Assembly: GCA_963662335.2 (NCBI GenBank)
Contig: CAXXVD010000002.1
Coordinates: forward strand, 64,001 to 128,000
Reading direction: 5' to 3'
Source: Chloroflexota bacterium
GTDB taxonomy: Bacteria > Chloroflexota > UBA11872 > VXOZ01
Length of the DNA stretch: 64,000 bases
Of this stretch, positions 30,229 through 39,987 are shown in pieces (the stretch's first letter is position 1; the number at the start of each line of letters is the position of its first letter). The position numbers were made by a program, and so were the translations under genes. Under the pieces are notes generated by a model that worked only from the letters and a program-made list of their open reading frames with translations, made no database searches and had not been told where the DNA came from.

Positions 30229-31848
30229 ATGGGAGGCGACCGCATGGAGCTTGATAACGGGCTAGTCGCACACTGGCCGCTGGACGGGGATTGCGATGAT
30301 CATTCCGGCAACGGCAACCACGGCCGGCCCCAGGGAGCGCTCGCGTTCACCGCGCCGCTGCCGCTGGGCGGCGGCCCGGGCGCGGCCCGGTTCGACGGGC
30401 GCGGAGGGCGCATCACCGTGCCGCACGGCGAGAGCCTGGCGCTCGGCGCGGCGGACTTCTCCCTGGCGGCGTGGGTGAACGTGAATCGGGTCACCACGGA
30501 CGTGCCCGGCGACATCCTGAGCAAGTTCTGTCCAGAGACGCGGCGCGGCTTCAACTTCGGCATCCAGTCGGCGGCGGGCGTAGGCTCATCGCAAGCCAAC
30601 TGGCGCAACGTCTTCTTTGGCGTCGATAACGGCCAGGTGGAGCCGGTCTGGACCAACCACGGCCGCCCTGGCAATGCGCAGTACGTCATGGCCCTGGCCG
30701 TCCACGACGGCGCGCTCTACGCCGGCACGTACGAAGGCGGGGCCGGCGAGACCGGCCACGTGTACCGCTTTGCGGGCGGCAGCGCCTGGGAGGACTGCGG
30801 CGCGCCCGCCGGCTGCAACGCCGTGAGTGCGCTCGCCGAATACAATGGCGATCTCTACGCGGCGGTGAGTTGCTATCGCGCGCAGGGCTCGGCTCTGCCC
30901 AATTCGCCGAACCGTGTGCCGGGCGGCAACGTCTACCGCTACGCGGGCGGCAGGGAGTGGGTGGACTGCGGCCAGCTTGGCGACGCCGCGGACGTGTTCG
31001 GCCTGGCGGTCTACGCCGGCGAACTCTACGGCTCGGCCATGTATTCGGCCGGCATGTTCCGCTACGCCGGCGGCACAACCTGGTTGCCGTGCGGCGATCC
31101 GGGCACACGGGTTGCGGTGCTGGGCGTCTTCCAGGGCGGCCTCTACGCCACCGGCTACGACGTGGGCGGTGTCTTCCGCTATCAGGGCGAGCGCCGCTGG
31201 TCGTTTTGCGGCAATGCGGCGGGTTCCACCCAACTTTACTCGTTCGCCTCGTACCAGGGGCGGCTGCACACCGGCGTCTGGCCCAGCGGCTCGGTCTACC
31301 GCCAGGACGACGGCCTGCCGTGGTACAGTTGTGGGCGCTTGGGCGAGGAACTGGAAGTGATGGGCATGATGGTCTACAACGGCAAGCTCTATGCCGGCAC
31401 GCTGCCCACCGGTTCGGTCTACCGCTACGACAGCGAGGGCGCGTGGGCGAACACGGGCCAACTCGACACCACGCCGCACGTAAAATACCGCCGCGCCTGG
31501 ACGATGGCCGTCTACCAGGGCCGCCTCTTCTGCGGCACGCTGCCGTCGGGAAACGTGCTCTCGCTGGCGGCCGGCGCCAACGTCACCCACGACCACGCCC
31601 TGCCGGGCGGCTGGCGCCACCTCGCAGCCGTGCGTGCCGGCGGCGTGCTGCGCCTCTACGTCGACGGCGCCCTGGCAGCAGAATCCGCGTCCTTCAACGC
31701 CGCGGACTACGACCTCTCAATCGAAGAACCGCTCCAGATCGGCAACGGCCAAATCGGCCCCTTCAGCGGCAGCCTGAGCGGCGTGCGGCTCTACAACCGC
31801 GCACTTAGCGAGACTGAGGTTGCCGCGATGTGCGAGAGACCGCGATAG
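30229..31848 (+). CDS. LamG (ConA-like) domain protein with an inserted beta-propeller repeat region
   Basis: LVAHWPLDG/FSLAAWV and WRHLAAV...LYVDG...VRLYNRALS flank ~7 repeats of xYxGxLYAGT..GxVYRY...W. Confidence 0.8.
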   Translation: MGGDRMELDNGLVAHWPLDGDCDDHSGNGNHGRPQGALAFTAPLPLGGGPGAARFDGRGGRITVPHGESLALGAADFSLAAWVNVNRVTTDVPGDILSKFCPETRRGFNFGIQSAAGVGSSQANWRNVFFGVDNGQVEPVWTNHGRPGNAQYVMALAVHDGALYAGTYEGGAGETGHVYRFAGGSAWEDCGAPAGCNAVSALAEYNGDLYAAVSCYRAQGSALPNSPNRVPGGNVYRYAGGREWVDCGQLGDAADVFGLAVYAGELYGSAMYSAGMFRYAGGTTWLPCGDPGTRVAVLGVFQGGLYATGYDVGGVFRYQGERRWSFCGNAAGSTQLYSFASYQGRLHTGVWPSGSVYRQDDGLPWYSCGRLGEELEVMGMMVYNGKLYAGTLPTGSVYRYDSEGAWANTGQLDTTPHVKYRRAWTMAVYQGRLFCGTLPSGNVLSLAAGANVTHDHALPGGWRHLAAVRAGGVLRLYVDGALAAESASFNAADYDLSIEEPLQIGNGQIGPFSGSLSGVRLYNRALSETEVAAMCERPR

Positions 31849-32029
31849 TAGATTGAGGTTTGCGTCCGTTTAACCCACTACGGTTCTAGCGTAAGCCTGC
31901 ACGGGCTGGAACTTTCCCAACGATTACGCCTGAAAGGTCGATCCCAGTTCGACCCAGCCGTCATACGCGCGAAGGAAGACATAGCCGGCAAGACAAGCCC
32001 GCATCTATCCCGGCGGCGCGCTCACCACC

Positions 32030-33382
32030 ATGACGAAAGCCGTGAACACGGAAACAACAACCCAGCTAGGCGCGGTAAAGCGGGTCCTCGCCCTGAGCTA
32101 CCCGCTCATCGTCGCCAACCTCTCGCAGATCGTGCTTGGGCTCGTCGACACCGCGATGATCAGCCGCGTTTCTACCGAGGCGCTCGCGGCGGCGGCCGTC
32201 GCCGCGTCGGTCAACATCGCCGCAAGCATGCTGTTCGGCGGCTGGGCGACCGCGGCGCAGGTGATTGCGGCCCGTCGGTTCGGCGAGGGCCGTCAGGCGG
32301 CCGTAGGGCAGTTGCTGGATATTTCATTGCTCGTAGGCGTCGGCGCCGGCATCGTGGTGTTGCTGTTCTTGAGCATCGGCGCGGGGCCTCTGCTCGCTGC
32401 GTTCGGATTGAGCGAGGCGGTGCGGGCCGAGGGCGTGCCGTATCTCCGCATTCTCGCGTTGGCCGCGCCGCTCGCGGCCGTGACGGCAATGTTGCGCGCC
32501 GTCTACGCGGGCGTAGGGGAAACCGGCGTGGCGATGCGTATGACGCTGCTCGTAAACGTGATCAATATCCCGCTGAACTATGTCCTAATCTTCGTAGTTG
32601 GCTGGGGACTCATGGGCGCGGGTATTGGGACGGTAATCGCCGTAGCCGTCGGCTGCGCCTACATGGGCCAGTTTGGGTGGAGACGGTTCAGGGACACCTA
32701 CGAACTGTTCGGGTTCCGGCGCCTGCGCCACCACCGGCAGGTGCTGCCGCGGCTCTGGTCGATCGGCTGGCCCGAGACGGCCATGCTCTTCCTGGGCTAC
32801 GCCAACAACGTCCTCGTGCTCTGGATTGTCGCCGCGCTGGGGACCACCGTCATCGCCGGGATGCAGGTCGTCACGAATGTGCAGCAGGTGCTCTGGACGA
32901 TGGTGTGGGCGCTCTCGAGTGGCGTGTCGATCCTCGTCGGACAGAGCCTTGGCAGCGGCGATGAGCGCGCCGTGGCGCTGACCGAGCGCGCCGGGCTGCT
33001 GCTGATGGCGGCCTTGCCGGCAATCTTCCTGGCGCCGGCGCTTGCCGCGCCGTCTCTCATCCTGCACCTGTTGACCCCCGACGGCGGCGTGGTAGCGGAG
33101 GCAAGCCGCGCCCTGCCCTTCCTGGCGCTGCAAGTGCCGTTCATGGCTTCCAGCATGGTGCTGGCCGCGGTGCTGCGGGCCGCCGGCGACTCCAAGTGGG
33201 TGCTCTACGCCTCCACGGCTTCCAGCTATCTGGTCATGGTGCCGCTGTCGTGGCTGCTCGCCGGCCCGGTCGGCTGGGGACTGCCCGGCGTTTACGTCGC
33301 TGGGATGGCCTTCTTCGCGGCGCGGACCGCCGTATCCTGGTGGCGCTACCGGCAGGGAGCCTGGCGGACGGCGGAAGTGTGA
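32030..33382 (+). CDS. MATE family efflux transporter
   Basis: VDTAMI, NIPLNYVLIF, GQSLG, LRAAGD; ~12 TM helices. Confidence 0.92.
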   Translation: MTKAVNTETTTQLGAVKRVLALSYPLIVANLSQIVLGLVDTAMISRVSTEALAAAAVAASVNIAASMLFGGWATAAQVIAARRFGEGRQAAVGQLLDISLLVGVGAGIVVLLFLSIGAGPLLAAFGLSEAVRAEGVPYLRILALAAPLAAVTAMLRAVYAGVGETGVAMRMTLLVNVINIPLNYVLIFVVGWGLMGAGIGTVIAVAVGCAYMGQFGWRRFRDTYELFGFRRLRHHRQVLPRLWSIGWPETAMLFLGYANNVLVLWIVAALGTTVIAGMQVVTNVQQVLWTMVWALSSGVSILVGQSLGSGDERAVALTERAGLLLMAALPAIFLAPALAAPSLILHLLTPDGGVVAEASRALPFLALQVPFMASSMVLAAVLRAAGDSKWVLYASTASSYLVMVPLSWLLAGPVGWGLPGVYVAGMAFFAARTAVSWWRYRQGAWRTAEV

Positions 33383-33442
33383 GTCGTCAAGATGGCCAAG
33401 CTCATTTGATGTGGCGCGACTGAAGACCGGCTCCGGCGCTAC

Positions 33443-33538
33443 CGGCCCCTTCAGCGGCAGCCTGAGCGACGCGCGGCTATCCAACCGGGGCTTGAGCGAC
33501 GCGCACGTGGCGGCAATCTTCGCGAGACTCCGCATTTA
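33443..33538 (+). pseudogene. Duplicate of the LamG gene 3' end
   Basis: GGCCCCTTCAGCGGCAGCCTGAGCG...AACCG matches 31756-31830. Confidence 0.75.
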
Positions 33539-33630
33539 AGGCGACGGCTCGAGCCTCGGCAATCCCGCCGGATGCCAATGTGGGTCAGTCTGCGCCCGCA
33601 TCCCAAATGGGATAGTCCGGCCGGTCGTCG

Positions 33631-34014
33631 TCACGTCTGCATCATCTGGATCAGGTTGCCGCAGGTGTCGTCGAAGACGGCAATCGTGACGGCGCCCATA
33701 TCGGTTGGCTCCATCGTAAACGTCACGCCCAGTGACTTCAGTTTCTCGTGTTCCGCATGGATGTCCGCAACGCCAAAGGACGCCGCCGGGATGCCTTGAT
33801 CGAAAATCCCTTTCTGATATGTTTGCGCCACCGGGTTTTCATTTGGTTCAAGCAGAAGCTCGGGCCCATCCGGGTCATCGGGCGAGACGACGGTAAGCCA
33901 CTTGAATTCCCCCACCGGGACGTCATGCTTCTTCACGAAGCCGAGGGTCTCCGTGTAGAACTTCAGCGCTTCGTCCTGGTCGCTTACGAAAACGCCGGTG
34001 AGTACAATGCGCAT
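33631..34014 (-). CDS. VOC/glyoxalase family protein
   Basis: VSDQDEALKFYTETLGF...FDDTCGNLIQ. Confidence 0.92.
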   Translation of the reverse strand: MRIVLTGVFVSDQDEALKFYTETLGFVKKHDVPVGEFKWLTVVSPDDPDGPELLLEPNENPVAQTYQKGIFDQGIPAASFGVADIHAEHEKLKSLGVTFTMEPTDMGAVTIAVFDDTCGNLIQMMQT

Positions 34015-34041
34015 CTCTGGCCTCCTTTTCCCTGCGTAGTG

Positions 34042-34314
34042 TCACTTGAGCCATCGGTTCACGGCAGCCCTGAGGGGTTCATCGTTGAAGACAAGCAGCC
34101 GGTACTTGCCGCGCTTCTCCGAGCGCACGAGCCCCGCTCTTTCCAAGACATCGATGTGCTTGGCCATGGCCTGCCGGGAGATGGCGACTTCATGCCGCAT
34201 GATCAAGCGCGCCGTGAGCTCGTAGAGCGTCTGCTCGTTGCGCTCACAGAGCTCGTCGAGCATCAACCGCCGTGTTGGGTCCGCGAGCGCCTTGTAGAGC
34301 AAGTCTTCGTCCAT
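34042..34314 (-). CDS. ArsR/SmtB family transcriptional regulator
   Basis: KALADPTRR, SRQAMAKH, LERAGLV. Confidence 0.92.
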   Translation of the reverse strand: MDEDLLYKALADPTRRLMLDELCERNEQTLYELTARLIMRHEVAISRQAMAKHIDVLERAGLVRSEKRGKYRLLVFNDEPLRAAVNRWLK

Positions 34315-34322
34315 GCACGCCT

Positions 34323-34352
34323 ATCATACACAACCGTATGGTTGCATGTCAA
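34323..34352 (-). promoter_or_regulatory. Sigma70-like promoter containing a CAACC-N4-GGTTG palindrome, probable ArsR autoregulatory operator
   Basis: TTGACA-N18-TATGAT on the minus strand, 8 nt before the ATG; palindrome lies in the spacer. Confidence 0.6.
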
Positions 34353-34487
34353 ATGAAGATTCTCCAGGCTGGCAGGAACCATAGCCCCAGCCACTGGCAG
34401 GATTGGGTGAAGGCTTCGAACAGGTTGAGGTGAAACCGGAAGAGCCACAAGTCTAGTAGGTGGCCGCCGGCAAGTCCTAGACTCTGT

Positions 34488-35195
34488 CTATTGCCACAGA
34501 TCGGGATCGGGTCGCTTCATCAGTCCGTAGCCTAGGTAGCCGTACCAGATGACCAGGAGCACGTAGAAGCCCCGGGCCAGGGAGATGAAGGTGTCGCGGC
34601 CGTCGTCGTTGAGAATGGCGATCATGAAGAAGACCATCACGGCCAGGCTGACGAGGGCGGCCAACAGGGAGATCAGCCGGTTGAAGTCGTCTCTGGTGGA
34701 GAGACCCAGGGCGAAGATGCAGCCGCCAAACCCGAGGGCGATGCCGCCGGCGTAGAGAAGGCCGAAGGCGGTGTTGTAGACCGGAACGCTTTGCGTGATC
34801 TGGTCGCCGGTTTGGGCATCGGCCAGAATGAAGTCAATGCCGCCGGAGAGAATCCAACCGGTCAGCCCGACGAAGATCATGAAGTAGCCCATCTGCACAA
34901 GCGCCTTGCCGTTGCCCTGCAAGGTCACGTTGCGCATGAGCGCGTAGAGGCCCGAGAGGATGAGCGTCAGGCCCAGGATTATCGCGATGTTGGTCACGTT
35001 GGTCAGCGTGGCGTTGGCGCTCTTGGAGGTGATGGCGCCAACGGCGTCGGACACGCTGGCGCTGTCGATCAGCAGTCCGCCCGGCTCTACGAGAAAGAAG
35101 ACGAACGCGACTAGCGGACCGAATATGAGAGACAGACCCGCCAGCCGATTCACCGATATGGTGCCCATGCTTGAATCTCCTTTGTGCGACGCCAT
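34488..35195 (-). CDS. Multi-pass membrane protein (DUF4386-like)
   Basis: 6-7 hydrophobic helices; PGGxxIDS motif shared with 35345 and 44881; likely start ATG 35168. Confidence 0.75.
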   Translation of the reverse strand: MASHKGDSSMGTISVNRLAGLSLIFGPLVAFVFFLVEPGGLLIDSASVSDAVGAITSKSANATLTNVTNIAIILGLTLILSGLYALMRNVTLQGNGKALVQMGYFMIFVGLTGWILSGGIDFILADAQTGDQITQSVPVYNTAFGLLYAGGIALGFGGCIFALGLSTRDDFNRLISLLAALVSLAVMVFFMIAILNDDGRDTFISLARGFYVLLVIWYGYLGYGLMKRPDPDLWQ

Positions 35196-35344
35196 GAGAA
35201 GGACCTGCGGGGTTCAATCCCCACTGGCATACATTCTGACGCCAGCGCTGCGGCATTGCAATAGGAGAATCCCAGCGCTCAACGACGTCGGCGTTGCCGC
35301 GATCTGCGCGAGGCCGCGCCCGCAAGTGGGTGAGGCCGACCAGC

Positions 35345-36103
35345 CTAGCCGGCGGAATCCGCCGCCACAAGCTCGTCGTGGCCCCGGTACATGCCCGCGC
35401 CTACGGCAAACAGGCACAGGGAGCCGATGAAGAGGAAGAGCTGGTTGATCGTGAGATGCAGCGTGACGTCCAGTTCGGGGAGCACCAGCGCCAGAGTCAG
35501 ATTGATGAATGCGCCTGCCCCCACGACAACGAGCCCGTAGCAGGCCAGCATATAGATATTCAGCTTGCTGATTCTGGCCACGAGGCCAAGCCCGACAAAC
35601 GCGGTCCCAAATGGACTCACGATCATAAACGCCAAAATCAGTCCCACCATGGTGACCTGGCTGAACAAGGCGAGGCTGGCGAACTCCGCTTGCAGTTCCG
35701 AGCCCTCCCCGGCGCCGAGGCTCTGTTCCATGAAGTAGGTGGCGGCAAGCCTCATGCCGAAGCTAATGATGAATATGCCCCAACTGAAGAGGCTCGCCAC
35801 GATCCCAAAGCGCAGGAGCGAGGCACTAAAGCCGGCTCCCTGGCCCCGCAGCCGCAAGAGTTCGATGAAGCCATAGCCGTAGAGCAACATCCCTATGATC
35901 ACGCCGATCGTCGTCGCATGGGACAGGCCGGGGCTATTGCCCATCGCGGTGACCGCGGCCCCAAAGTCCGTTTGGTCTACCGTGTCGAAAACCGGGCCCC
36001 CAGGAAACAAGAGTGACGCGAAGAAATTGACGACCACGGCCAACATGATCGCCAGGCCGCCGGCTCTGCCCGCGTTTAACCCGGTTCCAGTCGTTGCGCT
36101 CAT
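35345..36103 (-). CDS. Multi-pass membrane protein, paralog of 44881..45639
   Basis: LFPGGPVFDTVDQTDF; same length (252 aa) and colinear with the paralog. Confidence 0.8.
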   Translation of the reverse strand: MSATTGTGLNAGRAGGLAIMLAVVVNFFASLLFPGGPVFDTVDQTDFGAAVTAMGNSPGLSHATTIGVIIGMLLYGYGFIELLRLRGQGAGFSASLLRFGIVASLFSWGIFIISFGMRLAATYFMEQSLGAGEGSELQAEFASLALFSQVTMVGLILAFMIVSPFGTAFVGLGLVARISKLNIYMLACYGLVVVGAGAFINLTLALVLPELDVTLHLTINQLFLFIGSLCLFAVGAGMYRGHDELVAADSAG

Positions 36104-36324
36104 CGGCGATTCTTTTCACTGCATAGGCATAGTGCAGCATGCTACCACAGTGTAGTGTTCTGCGATAGTTGTGGCAAAGTGAAGGAATTGCGCCACCATG
36201 CAGTGACGGGCGCCCGGCACAGGCGGAGACGGACGGGGACGGCCAGGCGGCGGGAGCCGGCCCGGCTTGCCGGCTTCAAATTCCGACAGATAGGCGTCAA
36301 CTTCGTGGGGCGCGTCGCGGCGGG

Positions 36325-36747
36325 CTACCTGCGCTCCCGTTGCTTGCGCAGATACTCTTCCGCTTCGATTTGCTCTGTGGTTATGACCTCGAAGAAGTCC
36401 TCGGCATCGTAGAGCGGCCGGATCTCGATTTCACTCGGCCCCGGCATGGGATTGGGGCAGCGCTTCGCCCAGGCCACGGCCTCGTTCATGTTCGCTACCT
36501 CCCACAGCCAGAATCCCGCCACCAGTTCGCCGACGGCCGGGAAAGGGCCGTCAGTGACCGTGCGCTCTTCTTCGTCGAAGGCCACGCGCTTGCCTTCGGA
36601 AGAGGGCTTGATGCCTTCGCCGCCCCGCAAGATGCCGGCGTCGGCCAGCGCTTGGTTGAAGTATTCCATGTCCTCGATGAGTTCGGCGGTAGGCATGTCG
36701 CCGGCCTCACTGTCGGCGGTGGCCTTTATCAAGACGATTACGCGCAC
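36325..36747 (-). CDS. YciI/DGPF domain protein
   Basis: VTDGPF..ELVAGFW...WAKRCPNP; GTG 36747 after AAGGA. Confidence 0.9.
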   Translation of the reverse strand: MRVIVLIKATADSEAGDMPTAELIEDMEYFNQALADAGILRGGEGIKPSSEGKRVAFDEEERTVTDGPFPAVGELVAGFWLWEVANMNEAVAWAKRCPNPMPGPSEIEIRPLYDAEDFFEVITTEQIEAEEYLRKQRERR

Positions 36748-36927
36748 GTGCGCTTTCCTTTCGTAACGGCTTTCCCGATGAGATGCGCCTGCTTCAGGAA
36801 ACAATACACCAAGAGAGAGGATGACGTTTCAAACCGTCTAAAGAGAATCTGCATCGGAGTGGGGAACTACATTGCGGCAGAGGAGAATTCGGGAAACAAG
36901 GCCGGAATGCGCAATGGCCTATCGATC

Positions 36928-37070
36928 TCAACTTCCCAGATTGGCACGGACACTCTGCTCGAATTCCGTCAACGTTACGGGAGCGCCGCCGGTCAGGGCT
37001 TCGGTAGCCCTTGCAAGCGTCGTGATGTGCACGTTTTCTCTGACGAGCCTAAAGCGTCTGCCGGCGTCGT
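36928..37070 (-). pseudogene. Duplicate 3' end of the NotI-like endonuclease gene
   Basis: Near-identical to 39988-40130. Confidence 0.9.
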
Positions 37071-37134
37071 ATACTCGCCGTTCGGTCTGCGAAAGGGCGG
37101 TTAGCCCCTTGGCGAGGGTGAGAGACGCTGCCGC

Positions 37135-39603
37135 CTACGTTCCCTGCTCTTGGCGCCGGAACACTGCCTCGATTTCATCGTCGAGATCGCTTGCCAAATG
37201 CCGCAGATTCGAGCGCAGCCGCGCGTTCTGATACGCGCCCCAGACCGTCATCGCGGGCGGGACTACCAAGATGGCGAACAACAGAGCGTAGAAGATAGTA
37301 ATCGCCACGGTGAAGGCGAACTGCTGGAATAGTTGCAGCGGAGAGAATATCAGCACGCCGAATCCCAGTCCCGTCGTCAGCGCGGAGCCCAGCAGCGCCG
37401 AGCCGGTGGTCGCAAGCGTCCGCACTGCCGCCTGTTCGGGGTCGCGCATGCGGCCGTACTCCTCGCGGTAGCGATGGATCACGTGGATTGTGTAGTCCAC
37501 GCCGATACCGATTGAAAGCGCCGTAACAATTGACGTGAGAAACGTATAGGGAATGTCGAGCAACGCCATCGTGCCCAGCACCGATACGAGGACAAGAATG
37601 GTTGGCCCCACCGCGATGATCGCCAGGAACGGCTGACGCAAGGTCAGCCAGAAGAAGACTGCCAGAACGCCGACAGCCACAGCGACGGTTATGCCAATCG
37701 ACTCTGTTTGCCGGTCCCTAATCGTGTCGAGGATCGCGAGCATGGTCATCGTTGGAGACGTGGCGGTGATAGCATCGTCATCGCCAACCCAGAGCTCTTC
37801 AACTTCCTCTTGCAACATTTTCGTTGCATTGACATCCCCTGTGAGGGCAGGGAATTGGACGAGCATCGTATCGATGCCCTCCGGATCGACAACCAGCACG
37901 TGCCCTAAAGCGGGATCTCTCGCCTCTAGTCTTTCCAGGAACACCCGCATCAACTCTGCATCGAGCTCCACGTCGGCAGTCGCTTCGGCAAAGAGCGCGG
38001 CCAGTTCCGGGTCGTATTTGTCGCCAGGCTCTCCGCTGTCGCTAATCCAATCGCGGATGAGCAACTCATACGATGCCTGAACCGGTCCCGCCGCCGCGCT
38101 GGGGCGACGCGCCTCATCGTCGAATGCGGCGGTGAGGTCTTGTAGGTTCAATAGCGTGCGCGTCTCCATAGCCTCAGCATAGAGGAGGACATTGACTGTC
38201 TCAGTAGTGCCGCCGAGCGCCTCGTTGAGCGTCTCGAGGTCGGCCCGCACACTCCCATCGTCCGGCAGAAGATCATTGACGTTGAATTCCGCCCTGATGC
38301 CGGCGGCAGAGAAGCCAAGCGCAATCGTTACCACGGCCACCAAAATCAAGTAGGGAGCCGGCGCGCGCGTGACCTCTCTTCCCAATAGTTCGGCCGCGCG
38401 CTCCGCACCGGGAAATGCGGCCGAAATGAGACGGGGCTGTCGCAACGCGCCGCGCGCCGCGCGCCGCCGGTCGATGATCGTCCTGCCGGCGGGGAGCAGC
38501 GTCAGCATTATAAACAGGCTCAGACCCACCCCTAGCCCCGCGACGATACCGAAGTCGCCGACCATTTCAATCGGGGAGAAGAGACCCGCCAACAGGCTCG
38601 CAATCGTCGTCACGGCGGCCAGCACCAAAGGAATCGTGACATTGCGCAGCCCGGTCCGAACCGCGCCCACAACCCGCTCGCCCGCAGCGCGTCGTTCACG
38701 GTAATGCGAAACGGCTTGGATCGCGTAGTCTACCGTAAGACCGAAGATGATTATCGGCACCATCGAAGAAAGGGAGGTTGGTGGACCAATGAGACCCACG
38801 CCTCCCGGCCCGAGCAGTCCCTCGGCCCCAAAGACTCCGACCAGTGACATGATCAGACCCGCAAGCGTAAGCAACAAGTCAGAAATCGCGCGCATGAAGA
38901 GCAGCAATATCGCCGCGATCACCAGGAGTGACAGCCCTATCACCGGCAGCATCCCCTCTTCGATCGCTCTGTTGGACTCGTCTTGGGCTACTGCGCCCGA
39001 TATGGTACTTACGTCCAGAGGCCCCTCATCTCCCACTGCGAGCTCATCGATCCTCCACTCTGCATCCGAAAGCCGTTCGTCTTCGGTGTTGCGTAGGCGA
39101 ATGTGTGCGACCGCAACCGGAGTGCCATCCGAGTCGATCCCGGTCATCGCGGCCAGCGCCTCCCGCACTCTCGGTACTCCTTGGAGAGCGTCGATCTGAT
39201 CCTGGGTAACCGCATCGAGGCTTTCTACTTGAAGCACGGACTGTACCAATGACGTGGGCGCGATGATGGGATCGATTGGCGTCAACAACTCCACCACGGC
39301 AGGATCGCTGACGATATCACCCAGCAGTTCAGACATCTGGGAGAGCCCGCCCGGCGTGAGCGCATTCCCACGAAAGAGGAGCGTTATGGTTGCAACCCGC
39401 CCGGACTCTCCAAAGAGATCATCGACCGCAATCCTCGCTCTGTTGATGGCGCCGTCTTTGGGAAGCGCTGCTTCGAGGCTCCCGGGAGCCACGCGCAGCG
39501 GTATGCCCGCGCCCAGCGCAACAGTAACGATGAGAAGAAAGAGGAGCGTTATCCAGGGACGCGCCGTGACCAGCCGGCTCCACGCGTTGAGCAAATTGTG
39601 CAT
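37135..39603 (-). CDS. MMPL/RND family transporter, copy 1
   Basis: Two repeats with GLTVDYAI and GIGVDYTIH; ATG 39603 aligns with the paralog start. Confidence 0.9.
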   Translation of the reverse strand: MHNLLNAWSRLVTARPWITLLFLLIVTVALGAGIPLRVAPGSLEAALPKDGAINRARIAVDDLFGESGRVATITLLFRGNALTPGGLSQMSELLGDIVSDPAVVELLTPIDPIIAPTSLVQSVLQVESLDAVTQDQIDALQGVPRVREALAAMTGIDSDGTPVAVAHIRLRNTEDERLSDAEWRIDELAVGDEGPLDVSTISGAVAQDESNRAIEEGMLPVIGLSLLVIAAILLLFMRAISDLLLTLAGLIMSLVGVFGAEGLLGPGGVGLIGPPTSLSSMVPIIIFGLTVDYAIQAVSHYRERRAAGERVVGAVRTGLRNVTIPLVLAAVTTIASLLAGLFSPIEMVGDFGIVAGLGVGLSLFIMLTLLPAGRTIIDRRRAARGALRQPRLISAAFPGAERAAELLGREVTRAPAPYLILVAVVTIALGFSAAGIRAEFNVNDLLPDDGSVRADLETLNEALGGTTETVNVLLYAEAMETRTLLNLQDLTAAFDDEARRPSAAAGPVQASYELLIRDWISDSGEPGDKYDPELAALFAEATADVELDAELMRVFLERLEARDPALGHVLVVDPEGIDTMLVQFPALTGDVNATKMLQEEVEELWVGDDDAITATSPTMTMLAILDTIRDRQTESIGITVAVAVGVLAVFFWLTLRQPFLAIIAVGPTILVLVSVLGTMALLDIPYTFLTSIVTALSIGIGVDYTIHVIHRYREEYGRMRDPEQAAVRTLATTGSALLGSALTTGLGFGVLIFSPLQLFQQFAFTVAITIFYALLFAILVVPPAMTVWGAYQNARLRSNLRHLASDLDDEIEAVFRRQEQGT

Positions 39604-39621
39604 GCCTAAGCCTCTGTCTAG

Positions 39622-39790
39622 AGAACCTCTGATCAAGTCCTTGACATAGTAGCATAGCAAGAAAGCGCTGGATGGAGAGGGCCTGGAACATGGCGCGGCC
39701 GGCGTTTGCCGATCTGGAGTACCGCTGAGGAAGCGCGAGACCCCGGCGGGAGAGGTTCCTGGAACGCATGACGCGTTGCCGCTGGGACTG
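39622..39790 (+). mobile_element. IS5-family left end and decayed transposase N-terminus
   Basis: CTAG then GAACCTCTGATCAAGTCC end-like sequence; broken frame MARPAFADLEY...RRERFLERM. Confidence 0.65.
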
Positions 39791-39987
39791 GCCAATCTAG
39801 CGACGGCCGCGCGCTACGCGGCGGCGTGGCACGGGGGTAGTCCGTCCAACACGAACGGAAACAGTACTCCAAGAGAGAAGAGGATGAATTTCACAGCGAA
39901 AAGAATGTCAACGTCGAAGTGGCGAACTGCGCTGGGAAAGAGACCCGTTCGTTCGTCAAGGCCGTGGGGCCCTGAGGCCAAGCAAGC

